64,000 bases of DNA from Acidobacteriota bacterium (GTDB lineage Bacteria > Acidobacteriota > CAIWXX01): the NCBI GenBank assembly GCA_040755995.1, contig JBFMAF010000013.1, forward strand, positions 64,757 through 128,756. Reading direction: 5' to 3'. The position numbers were made by a program, and so were the translations under genes. This document shows, piece by piece, positions 19,117-30,775 of the stretch; position 1 is the first letter of the stretch, and the number at the start of each line of letters is the position of its first letter. Under the pieces are notes generated by a model that had not been told where the DNA came from, ran no database searches, and saw nothing but the letters and a program-made list of their open reading frames with translations.

Positions 19117-21207
19117 ATGGACTCGACACGACTCAACATTGCAGATGATTTCCCGGCCGTCACCCGCGAGGACTGGATGACCCTCGTGCAGAAGAGCCTC
19201 CGGGGCGCCCCGTTCGAGAAGAAGCTGGTCACGCGACTGTACGAAGGAGTCGACGTCCAACCGCTCTACACTGCCTCCGACTGGCCGGGAGACGACGACC
19301 CCTCGGGCCTGCCTGGATTCGCGCCGTATGCGCGCGGCGCCAGCGCCATGGGCCCGGCCGTCGGCGGTTGGGACGTCAGGCAGGAACATGCCTCCCCGTC
19401 GCCGGCGGCCAACAACGCGGCGATTCGGAAGGATCTGGAACGAGGCGCCAGCTCGGTGCTCATCACGGTCCGACATGCGGACCTTCGCCCCGCGGATGCC
19501 GGTGTCGTGATCGGGAACATGCGGGATCTCGGCACCGTTCTCGCGGGCGTCCAACTGGACACCCATGCCGTGCACATCGTTGCAGACGCTGAGTTCTTGC
19601 CGGCTGCGGCGATGCTCGCGTGCGTCTGGCGGGATCGCGACGTCGAGCCGTCGAAGGCCCGCGGGGGCTTCGGCTGCGACCCTCTCGGAACCCTGGCCCG
19701 TAACGGGCAGCTTCCCTGGCCGGCCGACCGGGCCCTCCTGATGCTGTCCGACTTGGCCGTCTGGACATCGAGGACCTTCCCTTCGGTGAGGAGCCTCCAG
19801 GTCGATACTTCTCCGTATCACAACGCCGGTGCCACGGCCGTTCATGAGATCGCGATCGCGGCAGCGACCGCCCTCGAGTATCTGCGCGCAATGGCCGGCT
19901 GTGGACTCGATCCCGCGCCTGCATCCAGGCAGATGATGTTCACCTTCAGCGTCGGCTGCGACCTGTTCTTGGAGATCGCCAAGATCCGCGCCGTCCGGAT
20001 CGTCTGGGGCAGCGTTCTCCAGAGATGCGACGCAGGATCGGAGATGCGGGCCACACAGATCCACGCTCGCACTTCACGCCGATCCATGGCCGCACGCGAT
20101 CCGTGGGTGAACCTGCTGCGGGCGATGACCGGCGTGGTCGCGGCCGCCGTGGCAGGCGCGGACGCGATCACAGTCGCGCCCTTCGACGAGGTGCTCGGGT
20201 TGCCCGATGACTTCAGCCGCCGGGTCGCGCGCAATACCCAGGCCATGCTGAAAGATGAGGCGCACCTCCATCGAATCATCGACCCGGCGGGCGGAAGCTG
20301 GTACGTCGAGTCGCTCACTGATCGCCTGGCTCGCGCCGCGTGGGACCTCTTACAAGAGATCGAGCGGCGCGGTGGAATGGCCGCAGCGCTACTGGATGGA
20401 ACTGTAGCCGGTTGGATCGGCGAAGCAGCCGCCGCGAGGAAACGCAATGTCGCGACGCGGAAAGACGCGATCACCGGTGTGAGCGAGTTCCCGAACGGGG
20501 GTGAGGAGAAGTTGCGGCGCGCGCTGCCGCACGATTCGATCACGCGCGCGCCGCACGCATCGGAGACCCCACCTGCTGCGGCCGCCGCGCTCGCGCGATG
20601 CTCGGGAATCGCTCGAGAGCAGGCGTGGGAGGCCGGTACGCTGACCAGCGAGGTTCTCGCGGCAGCGCGCGCCGGGGCGTCTCTCACAGCCCTCGCAAGG
20701 GCTCTGGCGGGTCCGGCACCACTGGTCCTGACGGCGCCTCTGGCCCCGATGAGGCTGAGCGAACCGTTCGAGGAGCTGCGCGATGCGAGCGAGGCATGCC
20801 TGGCCCAGGATGGCGCGCGCCCGCGCATGTTTCTGGCGAGCCTCGGCTCGGTTGCGCAGTACGGCGCACGTTCGACGTGGGCCTCCAACTTCTTCGAGGC
20901 GGGTGGGTTCGAAGTCATAGAGGAGACGGGCGTCAGGACCGCGGAGGCCGCGGCCGCGGCGTTTGCGAGCTGCGGCGCGCGGATAGTCACGATTTGTTCT
21001 TCGGACGAAGTCTACGAACGCATCGCGCTTGACGTGGCGCGAGCTTTGAAGGGCGCCGGGGCGCAGACGGTTGTGTTGGCCGGCAGGCCGGGCAACCGCG
21101 AGGCTGCGTATCGCGAGGCCGGTGTCGACAGCTTCATCTTCGTCGGGTGCGACGTGTTGGCGACACTACGCCAGTTGATGAAAGCACAGGGGGTGGAAAT
21201 CCGATGA
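19117..21207 (+). CDS. mutA: Methylmalonyl-CoA mutase small (beta) subunit.
   Basis: Assigned by family resemblance and by its position immediately upstream of the large subunit, overlapping it (ATGA). Confidence 0.6.
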   Translation: MDSTRLNIADDFPAVTREDWMTLVQKSLRGAPFEKKLVTRLYEGVDVQPLYTASDWPGDDDPSGLPGFAPYARGASAMGPAVGGWDVRQEHASPSPAANNAAIRKDLERGASSVLITVRHADLRPADAGVVIGNMRDLGTVLAGVQLDTHAVHIVADAEFLPAAAMLACVWRDRDVEPSKARGGFGCDPLGTLARNGQLPWPADRALLMLSDLAVWTSRTFPSVRSLQVDTSPYHNAGATAVHEIAIAAATALEYLRAMAGCGLDPAPASRQMMFTFSVGCDLFLEIAKIRAVRIVWGSVLQRCDAGSEMRATQIHARTSRRSMAARDPWVNLLRAMTGVVAAAVAGADAITVAPFDEVLGLPDDFSRRVARNTQAMLKDEAHLHRIIDPAGGSWYVESLTDRLARAAWDLLQEIERRGGMAAALLDGTVAGWIGEAAAARKRNVATRKDAITGVSEFPNGGEEKLRRALPHDSITRAPHASETPPAAAAALARCSGIAREQAWEAGTLTSEVLAAARAGASLTALARALAGPAPLVLTAPLAPMRLSEPFEELRDASEACLAQDGARPRMFLASLGSVAQYGARSTWASNFFEAGGFEVIEETGVRTAEAAAAAFASCGARIVTICSSDEVYERIALDVARALKGAGAQTVVLAGRPGNREAAYREAGVDSFIFVGCDVLATLRQLMKAQGVEIR

Positions 21208-23396
21208 GCAAGATACCGGATTTCTCGACATTCCCATTCGACGGTCCGGCTGCGCGGGCGACCTTGAGGGAATGGTTCAATGGTGCCGAGGCACAGGCGG
21301 GCCGCGCGCTACATACGTTCGTCTGGAAGACACCCGAACAGATCGACCTGCGTCCGCTCTATACGGCAGCGGACCTGGACGGCCTGCAGCACCTCGGGAG
21401 CATGCCGGGGCTGCCACCGTTCGTGCGCGGTCCCTATGCAACGATGTACGTGCTGCAACCGTGGACTGTACGGCAGTATGCCGGCTTCTCCACCGCCGAA
21501 GAGAGCAACGCATTCTACCGCCGCAACCTTGCAGCGGGACAGAAGGGCCTCTCGATCGCATTCGACCTTGCCACGCACCGTGGGTACGATTCGGATCACC
21601 CGCGCGTCGTCGGTGACGTCGGCATGGCCGGGGTCGCAATCGATTCGATCCTGGACATGCAGGTTCTGTTCGAAGGCATACCGCTCGACCAGATGAGCGT
21701 GTCGATGACGATGAATGGAGCCGTCCTGCCCGTGCTGGCGATGTACATCGTGGCCGCAGAGGAACAGGGCGTCAAGCAGGAGAGTCTCGCCGGCACCATC
21801 CAGAACGACGTCCTGAAAGAGTTCATGGTCCGCAACACCTTCATCTATCCCCCGAAACCGTCGATGCGGATCGTCTCGGACATCCTCGCTTATACGTCGC
21901 AGCACATGCCCCTGTTCAACGGCATCAGCGTGTCGGGGTATCACATGCAGGAAGCCGGGGCCACTGCGGACCTCGAGCTCGCCTACACTCTGGCCGACGG
22001 GGTCGAGTACGTGCGGGCCGGAGTCAATGCAGGCCTCGCGGTCGACGCGTTCGTGCCGAGATTCTCGTTCTTCTTCGGCGTCGGAATGAATTTCTTCGTG
22101 GAGATCGCCAAGCTGCGCGCGGCCCGCTTGCTGTGGGCGAAACTGATCAAGCAGTTCAATCCGAAGGACCCGCGATCGATGTGCTTGCGCACGCATTGCC
22201 AGACTTCGGGGTGGAGTCTCACCGCACAGGACGTGTACAACAACGTGATTCGCACCGGGATCGAGGCGATGGCGGCGACGCAGGGCCACACGCAGTCCCT
22301 GCACACGAACTCATTCGACGAGGCGCTGGCGCTGCCCACCGATTTCAGCGCACGCATCGCCCGCAACACGCAACTGTTCCTGCAGATGGAATCGGGCACC
22401 TGCCGGGTCGTAGATCCGTGGGGCGGCAGCTACTTCGTCGAACGGCTCACGTGGGAGCTGGCGCAGCGGGCCTGGGCGCACGTGCAGGAGGTCGAGAGCC
22501 TCGGCGGCATGGCGGAAGCTATCGAGGCGGGCCTGCCGAAGATGCGAATCGAGGAGGCCTCTGCGCGAACCCAGGCGCGAATCGATTCGGGCCGCCAGAC
22601 GATCATCGGCGTCAACAAGTACCCGCTCGACCAGCCGGAAAAGGTGGATGTGCTGCGAGTGGACAACAAGGCCGTCCGTGAGGCTCAAATCGAGCGGCTG
22701 GCGCGGCTGCGTCGCGAACGCGACGGCAAGGCGGCTCAGGATGCGCTGGACGCGCTCACCGGCGCAGCGCGCAGCGGCACGGGCAACCTGCTCGACTTGT
22801 CCGTGCGAGCTGCGCGCGCGCGCGCAACCGTCGGCGAAATCAGCTATGCTTTGGAGCAGGTCTGGGGACGCCACCAGCCGGTCGTCCGCACAGTCTCGCA
22901 CGTGTACGCCGGCGAGATCGGGGAGGAGTCGGTGGAAATCGTCAAGCTGCGCCAGCGGGTCGCGGAGTTCGCGAGGCATGAGGGCCGCCGGCCCAGGATA
23001 CTCGTGGTCAAGATGGGGCAGGATGGGCACGACCGGGGACAGAAGGTGGTGGCCTCCGCCCTGGCCGATCTCGGGTTCGACGTGGATGTCGGCCCGCTGT
23101 TCGGGACGCCGGCGGAGGCCGCGCGGCAGGCGGTCGAGAACGACGTAATGGTAGTCGGCGTGAGCTCGCTGGCCGCCGGCCATCTCACTCTGGTGCCGCA
23201 GCTTATCGAGGAGCTGCGCATGCTGCGGCGGGCGGACATCATGGTGGTGGTCGGTGGAGTGATTCCGCCGGAGGACTACGAGACTCTCCGCAGGATGGGT
23301 GTCGCAGAGGTGTTCGGACCTGGGACCTCTCTCGAGAAGGCGGCCCACCAGATGCTAGATGCTCTGGAGCGTCTGGAGGTGGCGGGGCGGAGCTGA
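21204..23396 (+). CDS. mutB: Methylmalonyl-CoA mutase large (alpha) subunit with a C-terminal B12-binding domain.
   Basis: [23 protein letters not shown] (DxHxxG cobalamin-binding motif). Mutase core. Confidence 0.8.
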   Translation: MSKIPDFSTFPFDGPAARATLREWFNGAEAQAGRALHTFVWKTPEQIDLRPLYTAADLDGLQHLGSMPGLPPFVRGPYATMYVLQPWTVRQYAGFSTAEESNAFYRRNLAAGQKGLSIAFDLATHRGYDSDHPRVVGDVGMAGVAIDSILDMQVLFEGIPLDQMSVSMTMNGAVLPVLAMYIVAAEEQGVKQESLAGTIQNDVLKEFMVRNTFIYPPKPSMRIVSDILAYTSQHMPLFNGISVSGYHMQEAGATADLELAYTLADGVEYVRAGVNAGLAVDAFVPRFSFFFGVGMNFFVEIAKLRAARLLWAKLIKQFNPKDPRSMCLRTHCQTSGWSLTAQDVYNNVIRTGIEAMAATQGHTQSLHTNSFDEALALPTDFSARIARNTQLFLQMESGTCRVVDPWGGSYFVERLTWELAQRAWAHVQEVESLGGMAEAIEAGLPKMRIEEASARTQARIDSGRQTIIGVNKYPLDQPEKVDVLRVDNKAVREAQIERLARLRRERDGKAAQDALDALTGAARSGTGNLLDLSVRAARARATVGEISYALEQVWGRHQPVVRTVSHVYAGEIGEESVEIVKLRQRVAEFARHEGRRPRILVVKMGQDGHDRGQKVVASALADLGFDVDVGPLFGTPAEAARQAVENDVMVVGVSSLAAGHLTLVPQLIEELRMLRRADIMVVVGGVIPPEDYETLRRMGVAEVFGPGTSLEKAAHQMLDALERLEVAGRS

Positions 23397-23418
23397 TGCG
23401 GAGAGGCATCGTCCGTTC

Positions 23419-24414
23419 ATGAGCCGTCGGGCCGGCCTGGACGCCGCCGACCTCGTGCGAGGTGTTCTCGGTCGTGATCGGTCGGTCCTGGGCCGAGCCA
23501 TCACGCTGCTCGAAAGCGATCATCCAGGCGACCAGCAGACGGCCGAAGAGCTGCTCCTCAGTCTGCTGCCATACTCGGGCAAGTCGCACCGGATCGGTGT
23601 GAGCGGTGTGCCGGGAGCCGGCAAGAGCACGCTCATCGAGACACTCGGCAAGAACCTGACGAGCTCGGGGCACAGGGTCGCCGTGCTCGCGGTGGATCCC
23701 ACGAGCAGCGTGAGCGGCGGGAGCGTCCTCGGAGACAAGACCCGGATGACTCGACTGGCCACGGACCCGGACGCGTTCATCAGGCCGACGCCGAGCGGCG
23801 GGTCGACGGGCGGCGTGGCCAGGAGGACTCACGAGGCGATCGTGGTCTGCGAAGCCGCGGGGTTCGACGTGATCTTCGTGGAGACGATGGGGGTCGGCCA
23901 ATCGGAGGCCGCCGTGGCGCAGATGGTCGACTTTCTACTCGTCCTTGTACTGGCAGGCGCAGGAGACGAGCTGCAGGGCATCAAACGAGGCATCCTGGAA
24001 CACGCCGACATGCTGGTGGTGAACAAGGCCGACGGCGAGAACGAGTCACGCGCGGAGCGCGCGAGCCGCGAGTACCAGTCCGCCTGGCGGATACTCCGGC
24101 CGCCGCGCGCCGACTGGGACCCTGTGGTGCTCACGTGCAGCGCGATCAACAACCGCGGCCTCGACGCCCTATGGGCCAGGATCGAAGAGAGCCGCGCGCG
24201 ACGGCTGGCATCGGGCGAGCTTGATAGCAGGCGCCAGAAACAGCGGCTGCACTGGACGTGGGCGATCGCGGAGGCAGAGTTGTCGCGCGACTTCAGAAAC
24301 GACGAGGCCGTACGGCAGCGCCTGCGCGAGCTCGATGCCGACTTGGCTGCCGGCAAGGTGACGCCGGCGACAGTCGCCAGAAGCCTGATCGCCGTGTTCC
24401 GGCAGCAGCGTTGA
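23419..24414 (+). CDS. meaB: Methylmalonyl-CoA mutase-associated GTPase MeaB/ArgK.
   Basis: P-loop GVPGAGKST. The overall pattern is characteristic of ArgK/MeaB. Immediately downstream of mutB. Confidence 0.75.
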   Translation: MSRRAGLDAADLVRGVLGRDRSVLGRAITLLESDHPGDQQTAEELLLSLLPYSGKSHRIGVSGVPGAGKSTLIETLGKNLTSSGHRVAVLAVDPTSSVSGGSVLGDKTRMTRLATDPDAFIRPTPSGGSTGGVARRTHEAIVVCEAAGFDVIFVETMGVGQSEAAVAQMVDFLLVLVLAGAGDELQGIKRGILEHADMLVVNKADGENESRAERASREYQSAWRILRPPRADWDPVVLTCSAINNRGLDALWARIEESRARRLASGELDSRRQKQRLHWTWAIAEAELSRDFRNDEAVRQRLRELDADLAAGKVTPATVARSLIAVFRQQR

Positions 24415-24517
24415 CGGCGGCGCCGCTCAGGCAAGGACTGCCCATACGCACCAGGGACTTCGCTTCTCCCTCGGCATGACACGCCGGCTCCGCAAGGTGG
24501 CAATCGAGGAGCGGCTC

Positions 24518-25030
24518 CTACATCCTGCTCAGTGCCAGCTTCGCCAGCTTTTCCGCCGCCTGCCGGTCCGCTTGTTCGCTGCCGAGTGCCACGTCGACGG
24601 AGAAGTAGACATCTCCTTTCAGCACGTGCAGCCCCGCACCGGCTTTGAGGCCGCTGCCGCCCCAGAACGCCTTGTCACCGAAGCCGGTCAGCATCTGGAC
24701 TCCGCTCAGCAGCCTGGCCGAATCTTCGAATAGCTTCGGTGCAGACATTCCGTTCTTTCTCATTCTTTCCGGCATCGCGGCTGTCTGATTCACCGAGATT
24801 TGCACGTACCGGACCTTGGTACCCTGCGCCGCAGGCGAGTAGTGAACGATCTTCTGGCCCATCGGATTGGCGGTCGCCTCGGGGTCCTTGACCGGCGTCC
24901 CCAAGACCGCCTCGGCGTCCGCCTTGGTCAGGAGCACTGCGGGATCCACGAGGGCGCCCGCCCCCCAACTCGAAACCGCCATCAGTCCCACCAGAATGGC
25001 CGGAGCCACGATGAACTTCCCTTTCAGCAC
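24518..25030 (-). CDS. Small secreted protein, unknown function.
   Basis: GTG start with AAGGAG 7 nt upstream. Signal peptide FIVAPAILVGLMAVSSWGA. Confidence 0.4.
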   Translation of the reverse strand: MLKGKFIVAPAILVGLMAVSSWGAGALVDPAVLLTKADAEAVLGTPVKDPEATANPMGQKIVHYSPAAQGTKVRYVQISVNQTAAMPERMRKNGMSAPKLFEDSARLLSGVQMLTGFGDKAFWGGSGLKAGAGLHVLKGDVYFSVDVALGSEQADRQAAEKLAKLALSRM

Positions 25031-25621
25031 GATCAACTCCTTTCGGCTCGGGTTCTTTGCCAATTCGAGACACGACCGAATTGTAGCATTGTTGTGCCGC
25101 TGGGCGCACTGCCAACTCCTGGCCAACACCGGATGCCGCGTCGTAAGCGGGCGTTCGCGCGGCATGGGCCGACTGCACACCGCACCCTCCGCGCGTCAAT
25201 GCAGGTATGGCTTCACGTACGCAGAGACGATGCCGCGGGTTTCGGGGTTCTCGCCAGCTTGACAATGCATCTTGTGCGGTCTACAGTTGCCGATAGAAAT
25301 GCACCAACGGCGGGCCTGAAGGTCGGTGGTAGTGCTCTCGAGTCTGCGCATGGTTCCCCGCACGGGAGAGCGGAGTAGGACGGGTGGCATCGCTAGTGAG
25401 CGGTCCGGCACCGTGGAGTCCAATTCGGTGTCTCCGCGCGCCTGCCGGAGTTGCTCGATTGCATGCGATCCGTGCTCTGCTCGGCGTCTGTGCACGGAGG
25501 TTGAGCTCACTCACGGCCTCTGCCCCAAGTGCGTGGAGAAGCCGTACCTACGCTTCAAGCTGAAATCGGAAAGGGCCGAGCCGAAGGGAGGTGCGACACG
25601 GGGGTGAACGCGAGGAAGACG

Positions 25622-28600
25622 ATGCCATCAACCTGGCTGATGCTCGCTCTCGCCGCGTTGACCATCGGCCTGGTAGTCGTCCAAGGGGTGCAAATGGACC
25701 GGGCCGTCCAGCAGGAGGTCGTGGCCCGCTTCAGCGAGCGCCAGTTGATGCTGGTCGAGCAGACCGCTGCCAGCATCCAGGCGGACTTCGACGAGGTCCA
25801 ACGGGACCTCCTGTATCTCAGGAGCGCCACTAGCAGCACAGCGGGCCTGGCCGACACGCTGGCGATGAAGGACAAAGAAGGGAGAGCCCGGTGGAAGAGG
25901 GCGATCGAGCAGAACCTGCTCGCCTATCTCTCCTCCCACACGATCTATGCGCAGATCCGCTACGTCGATTCCAGCGGGCTGGAAATCCTGGGAGTGGATA
26001 CCGACGGCCAGACCGTGCGCGTCATACCCGATGGGGAACTGCGGCAACAGGCAGGGCGGGATTTCTTCCGTGCGACTATGAACCTCGGCGCGGGGGAGGT
26101 CTATGTCTCCCGGCCGGAGCCAGCGTTGGGCCACGGCCGCGTCGGCGTCGGCCTGCCGGCTGTGCGCTTCGCCACACTCGTCTTGGACAGCCAGGGCCGG
26201 CGGCAAGGCATGATTGTCATCAACCTGATGGCCGACAAGATACGCGCACACATCGCCCACTTGAGCACTGTGGAGGGATTGGATGCCTGGGTGCTGGACG
26301 AGAATGGCATCGAGATCATCAACATGGCTCATCCTGAAAGAGAGGGCAGCAATGCGTACGAGTATTGCAGACAGACTGGGGACAGGACCCTGATAGCGTT
26401 GACCGAGGACATGCGTACCGGCGGCGAGGGGGTGCGGACCTATCTCTGGCCCGAGCAGATGGGCGGGCCCCTGGCGGTGATGAAGCTGGTGGCCTTCTCC
26501 CCGGTCCACCCGGCGGAGGGTCGTGTGTGGTCAGTGGGCACCTCGGTGACGTACGAGAGCATCCTCGCCGCGCACCGCCGGGGCCGCACCGGCGTGCTCT
26601 TGCTGGGAGGATGCATAGTCCTCGCCATTCTGCTCGTGGCGGCTGTGGCCGTGTGGTCCGGCCGCCAACGTGCAGCCGCTGAGGAGCGAGCGCGCCTCAG
26701 CAGTGTGCTTTCCCGTCGGAATGAGGAACTCGAGGCACTGCGAGAGACCTCCCTTGCGATCACATCTCAACTGGGCCTCGACGGACTCCTCCAGAACATC
26801 GTCAAACAGGGTTGCCGCCTGCTGGGCAGCGAGCGGGGGAGCATCTACCTCGTGGACGAGGCAAGTGGACACCTCAAGTTGGCCGTGAGCCAGGGCCACA
26901 CGCGCGACTACGCTGGCTTGCACCTGGAGCCCGGTGAGGGCATTGCGGGCCGGGTGCTCCAAAGTGGCGCGCCGTTGGCCGTGGACGACTACCGTCATTG
27001 GGAAGGACGGTCGCGGGGGGCTGAACCGCTCTCTGCCGCCCTCGGCGCCCCCCTCAAGCACGGGGAGGAGGTCATCGGCGTTCTTGGGTTCGCCAGGACC
27101 ACGCGAGGCGAGAGCTTCGACGAGCACGATATCTGGCTTGCTACGCTCTTCGCCAGCCAGGCTGCGGTGGCCATCGAGAACGCGCGGCTGTACGAGCAGT
27201 CGCAGCGAGAGATCACCGAGCGAAAACAGGCAGAAGAGGAGATCCGCATCGAGCGGGACAAGGTCCAGGGCGTTCTTGCCGCTATTGGCGATGGCGTGGA
27301 CGTTACCACGTACGACTACCGGGTGCTCTATGCCAACGACAATCTCAAGAAGATCGTAGGCAAGGATAGACTCGTCGGCCAACTGTGCTACCAGGTCTTC
27401 GTGGGCCGGGATGCCCCTTGTGAAAGGTGCCCCATGAGAAGGGCGATAGAGCACGGGAGGATCGAGATTGAGGAGATCCTCCAGCCCAATGGGAGAACCG
27501 TGGAAGTGAGCGCTTCTCCCTTGAAGCTGCCCTCAGGCGAGATGGCGGCAATCGAGATCGCCAAGGACATCACCGGTCGCAAGCAGGCCGAGGCCGAGCT
27601 GCGACAGCTGAAGGAGTTCAACGAGAGCATCATCCAGAGCATGTCCGAGGGCATCGTAGTAGATGATGCTGACGGGTACCTGACCTTCGTCAACCCGGCT
27701 GCAGCGGCAATGCTGGGATATGCGCCCCAGGAGTTGGTTGGCCAGCACTGGAGGATCACAGTGCCTCCTGACCAGGGGCACATCGTGCGGGCCGCCGATG
27801 AGCGGCGCATGCGCGGCGAAGCCGACCGATACGAGCTGGAGCTCGTTCGTAAGGACGGCCAGCGGCTTTGCATCTTGGTGAGCGGGAGCCCTCGATTCGA
27901 GGCAGATCGTTTTGTCGGCACCTTCGCTGTGTTCAGCGACATCACGGAGCGCAAGCGCGCCGAGGAGTGGGTGCGGCAGCAGGACAGGCTGGCCGCTGTC
28001 GGCCAGCTGGCCGCAGGAATAGCCCACGACTTCAACAACCTCCTGACAGGCATCATCGGCTACGCCCAACTACTGCAGGGAGAGCCGGGCATCTCTGATC
28101 GTGCCAGAGGAAAAGCGAATCTCATCGCGCAGCAGGGGCTGCGCGCTTCGCACCTGGTGCGCCAGATCTTGGACTTCAGCCGCCAGACGGTAATCCACCG
28201 GCACCCGTTGGACTTGGCACCCTTCCTTCAGGAAACCTGCAAGCTGTTGCAGCGCACCTTCCCCGAGAACATCCGGCTCTTGTTGGAGACGGAGCCGGGG
28301 CCGCAGGTGATCCTCGGCGATCCCACCCAAGTCCAGGAAGTGGTCGCTAACCTGGCGCTGAACGCGCGCGACGCCATGCCTGCCGGGGGCGAGCTGCGTA
28401 TCCGCCTGTCTCCCCTCTCGCTGCATGCGGGTGACAGGGTCCCAGTCCCCGAAATGGCGCCCGGCGAATGGATCACCTTGGCGATCTCGGATACGGGGAC
28501 AGGGATTGCGCCCGCCGTGCTCCCTCGGATCTTCGAGCCCTTTTTCACCACCAAGGCGCCGGGGGCCGGAACCGGCCTGGGCTTGGCGCAGGTGCACGGC

Positions 28601-29107
28601 ATCGTCAAACAGCACAATGGGTACATCGGCGTTGAAAGCCGGGTCGGACAAGGCGCAACGTTCACAATCTATCTGCCAGCGATTCGAGACGGCCGTGGGA
28701 GTTCACCGCAGGCGCCGAGACTGGAGGAGGCTGTTGGCGGGCGGGGCGAGGTTATTCTGCTGGTTGAGAACGAGCCGGCTGTGCTTGAGGTACTCCGGCA
28801 GATGCTGGCGCAAATGGGGTATCGTGTGCTGACGGCGACAGACGGTGAGGAAGCCCTGGCAGTCTATCGTCAGCGCAGCAAGGAGATCGCGCTGGTCCTG
28901 ACCGACCTAATCATGCCGCGGATGGATGGAGCGATGTTGCTGCGGGCGTTGCGAGCGGAGGACCCCCAGGTGAAGGTCGTGGCTATGACGGGCTATCCGC
29001 TCGGGGACGGTCATGGACAGCTTCTTGCCGAGGAAGTCGTGGACTGGGTGCAGAAGCCGATAGACAACGCCCTCCTGGCGCTGGCCCTGCGCCGTGCCCT
29101 CGGATAG
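25622..29107 (+). CDS. Hybrid sensor histidine kinase/response regulator (TM sensor, GAF, multiple PAS, HisKA, HATPase_c, receiver).
   Basis: The ELEALRET.. GAF region. H-box AHDFNNLLTGIIGY. N/G-box ISDTGTGIAP...GTGLGL. C-terminal receiver with DLIMPRMDG. Confidence 0.8.
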   Translation: MPSTWLMLALAALTIGLVVVQGVQMDRAVQQEVVARFSERQLMLVEQTAASIQADFDEVQRDLLYLRSATSSTAGLADTLAMKDKEGRARWKRAIEQNLLAYLSSHTIYAQIRYVDSSGLEILGVDTDGQTVRVIPDGELRQQAGRDFFRATMNLGAGEVYVSRPEPALGHGRVGVGLPAVRFATLVLDSQGRRQGMIVINLMADKIRAHIAHLSTVEGLDAWVLDENGIEIINMAHPEREGSNAYEYCRQTGDRTLIALTEDMRTGGEGVRTYLWPEQMGGPLAVMKLVAFSPVHPAEGRVWSVGTSVTYESILAAHRRGRTGVLLLGGCIVLAILLVAAVAVWSGRQRAAAEERARLSSVLSRRNEELEALRETSLAITSQLGLDGLLQNIVKQGCRLLGSERGSIYLVDEASGHLKLAVSQGHTRDYAGLHLEPGEGIAGRVLQSGAPLAVDDYRHWEGRSRGAEPLSAALGAPLKHGEEVIGVLGFARTTRGESFDEHDIWLATLFASQAAVAIENARLYEQSQREITERKQAEEEIRIERDKVQGVLAAIGDGVDVTTYDYRVLYANDNLKKIVGKDRLVGQLCYQVFVGRDAPCERCPMRRAIEHGRIEIEEILQPNGRTVEVSASPLKLPSGEMAAIEIAKDITGRKQAEAELRQLKEFNESIIQSMSEGIVVDDADGYLTFVNPAAAAMLGYAPQELVGQHWRITVPPDQGHIVRAADERRMRGEADRYELELVRKDGQRLCILVSGSPRFEADRFVGTFAVFSDITERKRAEEWVRQQDRLAAVGQLAAGIAHDFNNLLTGIIGYAQLLQGEPGISDRARGKANLIAQQGLRASHLVRQILDFSRQTVIHRHPLDLAPFLQETCKLLQRTFPENIRLLLETEPGPQVILGDPTQVQEVVANLALNARDAMPAGGELRIRLSPLSLHAGDRVPVPEMAPGEWITLAISDTGTGIAPAVLPRIFEPFFTTKAPGAGTGLGLAQVHGIVKQHNGYIGVESRVGQGATFTIYLPAIRDGRGSSPQAPRLEEAVGGRGEVILLVENEPAVLEVLRQMLAQMGYRVLTATDGEEALAVYRQRSKEIALVLTDLIMPRMDGAMLLRALRAEDPQVKVVAMTGYPLGDGHGQLLAEEVVDWVQKPIDNALLALALRRALG

Positions 29108-29140
29108 CGGGGCGCTCAGCAGGTCCGGTCGGCGCCCCGC
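29107..29140 (+). terminator. GC-rich hairpin (9-bp stem GCGGGGCGC/GCGCCCCGC) directly after the kinase stop. Terminator-like, no U-tract.
   Basis: Read directly. Confidence 0.3.
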
Positions 29141-29210
29141 TGACAACAGCGCAGTCCAAGCCTGAGCACCATCTACCGCTCCAGACTCGTTGTTCGTCAC
29201 CCTGGATCGT

Positions 29211-29239
29211 TTGACACAGCGGAGCAAGGGCCGGATAAT
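29211..29239 (+). promoter_or_regulatory. Sigma70-like promoter (TTGACA, 17 nt, GATAAT) about 180 bp upstream of ackA.
   Basis: Read directly. Confidence 0.4.
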
Positions 29240-29420
29240 ACAATTCGCCTTGGTGATTGAGCTCCCGGACACTGGCAATCGAGAGGATGATGGCGATGCG
29301 CGATCCGAGACCCGGGCGGGGCTTTCTGGTGATCTCACGCATGGGCCGCGCTGATCACACCCAGGCGATTCAATCAGGTCCGAATCCGGATTCTTGCATC
29401 CTTCTTCAAGGAGTCATCAA

Positions 29421-30668
29421 ATGAATATCTTCGTGCTGAATTGCGGCAGCTCTTCGTTGAAGTTTCAGATCATCGAGACGGATCTCGAGAAGATCAAGAT
29501 CGACGAGGACCGGCAGCTGGCCAAAGGGCTGATCGAACGCGTGGGAAGCCAGGCTGTGGTCACATTCCAGGTAGTGGGGCAGCCTCCGGTCAAGCAGGCG
29601 CTGCCCCTGCGCGATCACCGTCTCGCTCTTAGCCACGCGGTCAGGTGGATCACGGCACCGGAGACGCAGATCCCGGGGGTCAAGGCGATCGAGGACATCT
29701 ATGCGGTCGGCCACCGGGTGGTGCACGGTGGCGAGCGGTTCACTCGCTCCGTGAAAATAGACCAGGAGGTAATCACGGGGATCGAAGACTGCATCGACCT
29801 CGCGCCTCTCCATAACCCGGCGAATTTGAAGGGTGTCTATGCATCGCGCGACCTGTTCGGGCCGGCTGTGCCTCAGGTTGCCGTGTTCGACACGGCCTTC
29901 CACTCCACCATGCCCGAGACATCGTACCTCTACGCCATACCGTATCCGCTGTACAAGAGATTCAAGATCCGCAAGTATGGGTTCCACGGGACCTCGCACC
30001 GGTACGTCGCATACAGGTATCGGAAGATGAACGGCCTGGAGCGCGAGCAGACGAACATCATCACGTTGCACCTCGGCAACGGCTCCTCGGCGTGCGCCAT
30101 CAAGGACGGCGAGTCCGTCGACACCTCCATGGGAATGACACCGCTGGACGGCCTGATGATGGGAACGCGCTCCGGCGACCTCGACCCCACCGTCATCGAC
30201 TACCTCATGCACAAGGAGGGGACGACGGTCGACGAGGTGCTCTCGGTGCTGAACAAGAGCTCGGGAATTCTCGGCATCTCCGGCCTGACCAACGACATGC
30301 GCGATCTGTTGAGCGAGATCGATGAGCATCAGGACAGGCGCGCGAATCTTGCGGTGGACATGTTCTGCAACCGGATCAAGAAGTATGTCGGCGCGTACCT
30401 CGCCGAGATGGACGGCGCCGACGCCGTCTGCTTCACGGGCGGCATCGGAGAGAATGCGGTGGAAGTCCGCAGAAGGATCTGCTCGGGGCTCGGCTGGACG
30501 GGCATCAAGCTCGACGACGAGCTCAACCGCCAGGCGGTGGCCGGCAAGGAAATGCTGATCAGCGCGCCGGACAGCCGCGTGAAGCTCTATGTAATCCCGA
30601 CCAACGAAGAGCTCCTGATAGCCAGGGACACCCTGAGAGTCGTGCTCGATGTGCCTAGAGTGTGGTAG
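29421..30668 (+). CDS. ackA: Acetate kinase.
   Basis: MNIFVLNCGSSSLKF N-terminus. Length ~415 aa. AAGGAG RBS. Confidence 0.85.
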   Translation: MNIFVLNCGSSSLKFQIIETDLEKIKIDEDRQLAKGLIERVGSQAVVTFQVVGQPPVKQALPLRDHRLALSHAVRWITAPETQIPGVKAIEDIYAVGHRVVHGGERFTRSVKIDQEVITGIEDCIDLAPLHNPANLKGVYASRDLFGPAVPQVAVFDTAFHSTMPETSYLYAIPYPLYKRFKIRKYGFHGTSHRYVAYRYRKMNGLEREQTNIITLHLGNGSSACAIKDGESVDTSMGMTPLDGLMMGTRSGDLDPTVIDYLMHKEGTTVDEVLSVLNKSSGILGISGLTNDMRDLLSEIDEHQDRRANLAVDMFCNRIKKYVGAYLAEMDGADAVCFTGGIGENAVEVRRRICSGLGWTGIKLDDELNRQAVAGKEMLISAPDSRVKLYVIPTNEELLIARDTLRVVLDVPRVW

Positions 30669-30775
30669 GGGAAAGGCAGAAGGGGCGCGGTTTCCCCGCG
30701 TAGTTCATCTTGCCTCGTTCACGCGCAATGGCAGCGGGGAGTAACATTGGGGAGAAACGCCACATTGGAGGAATC

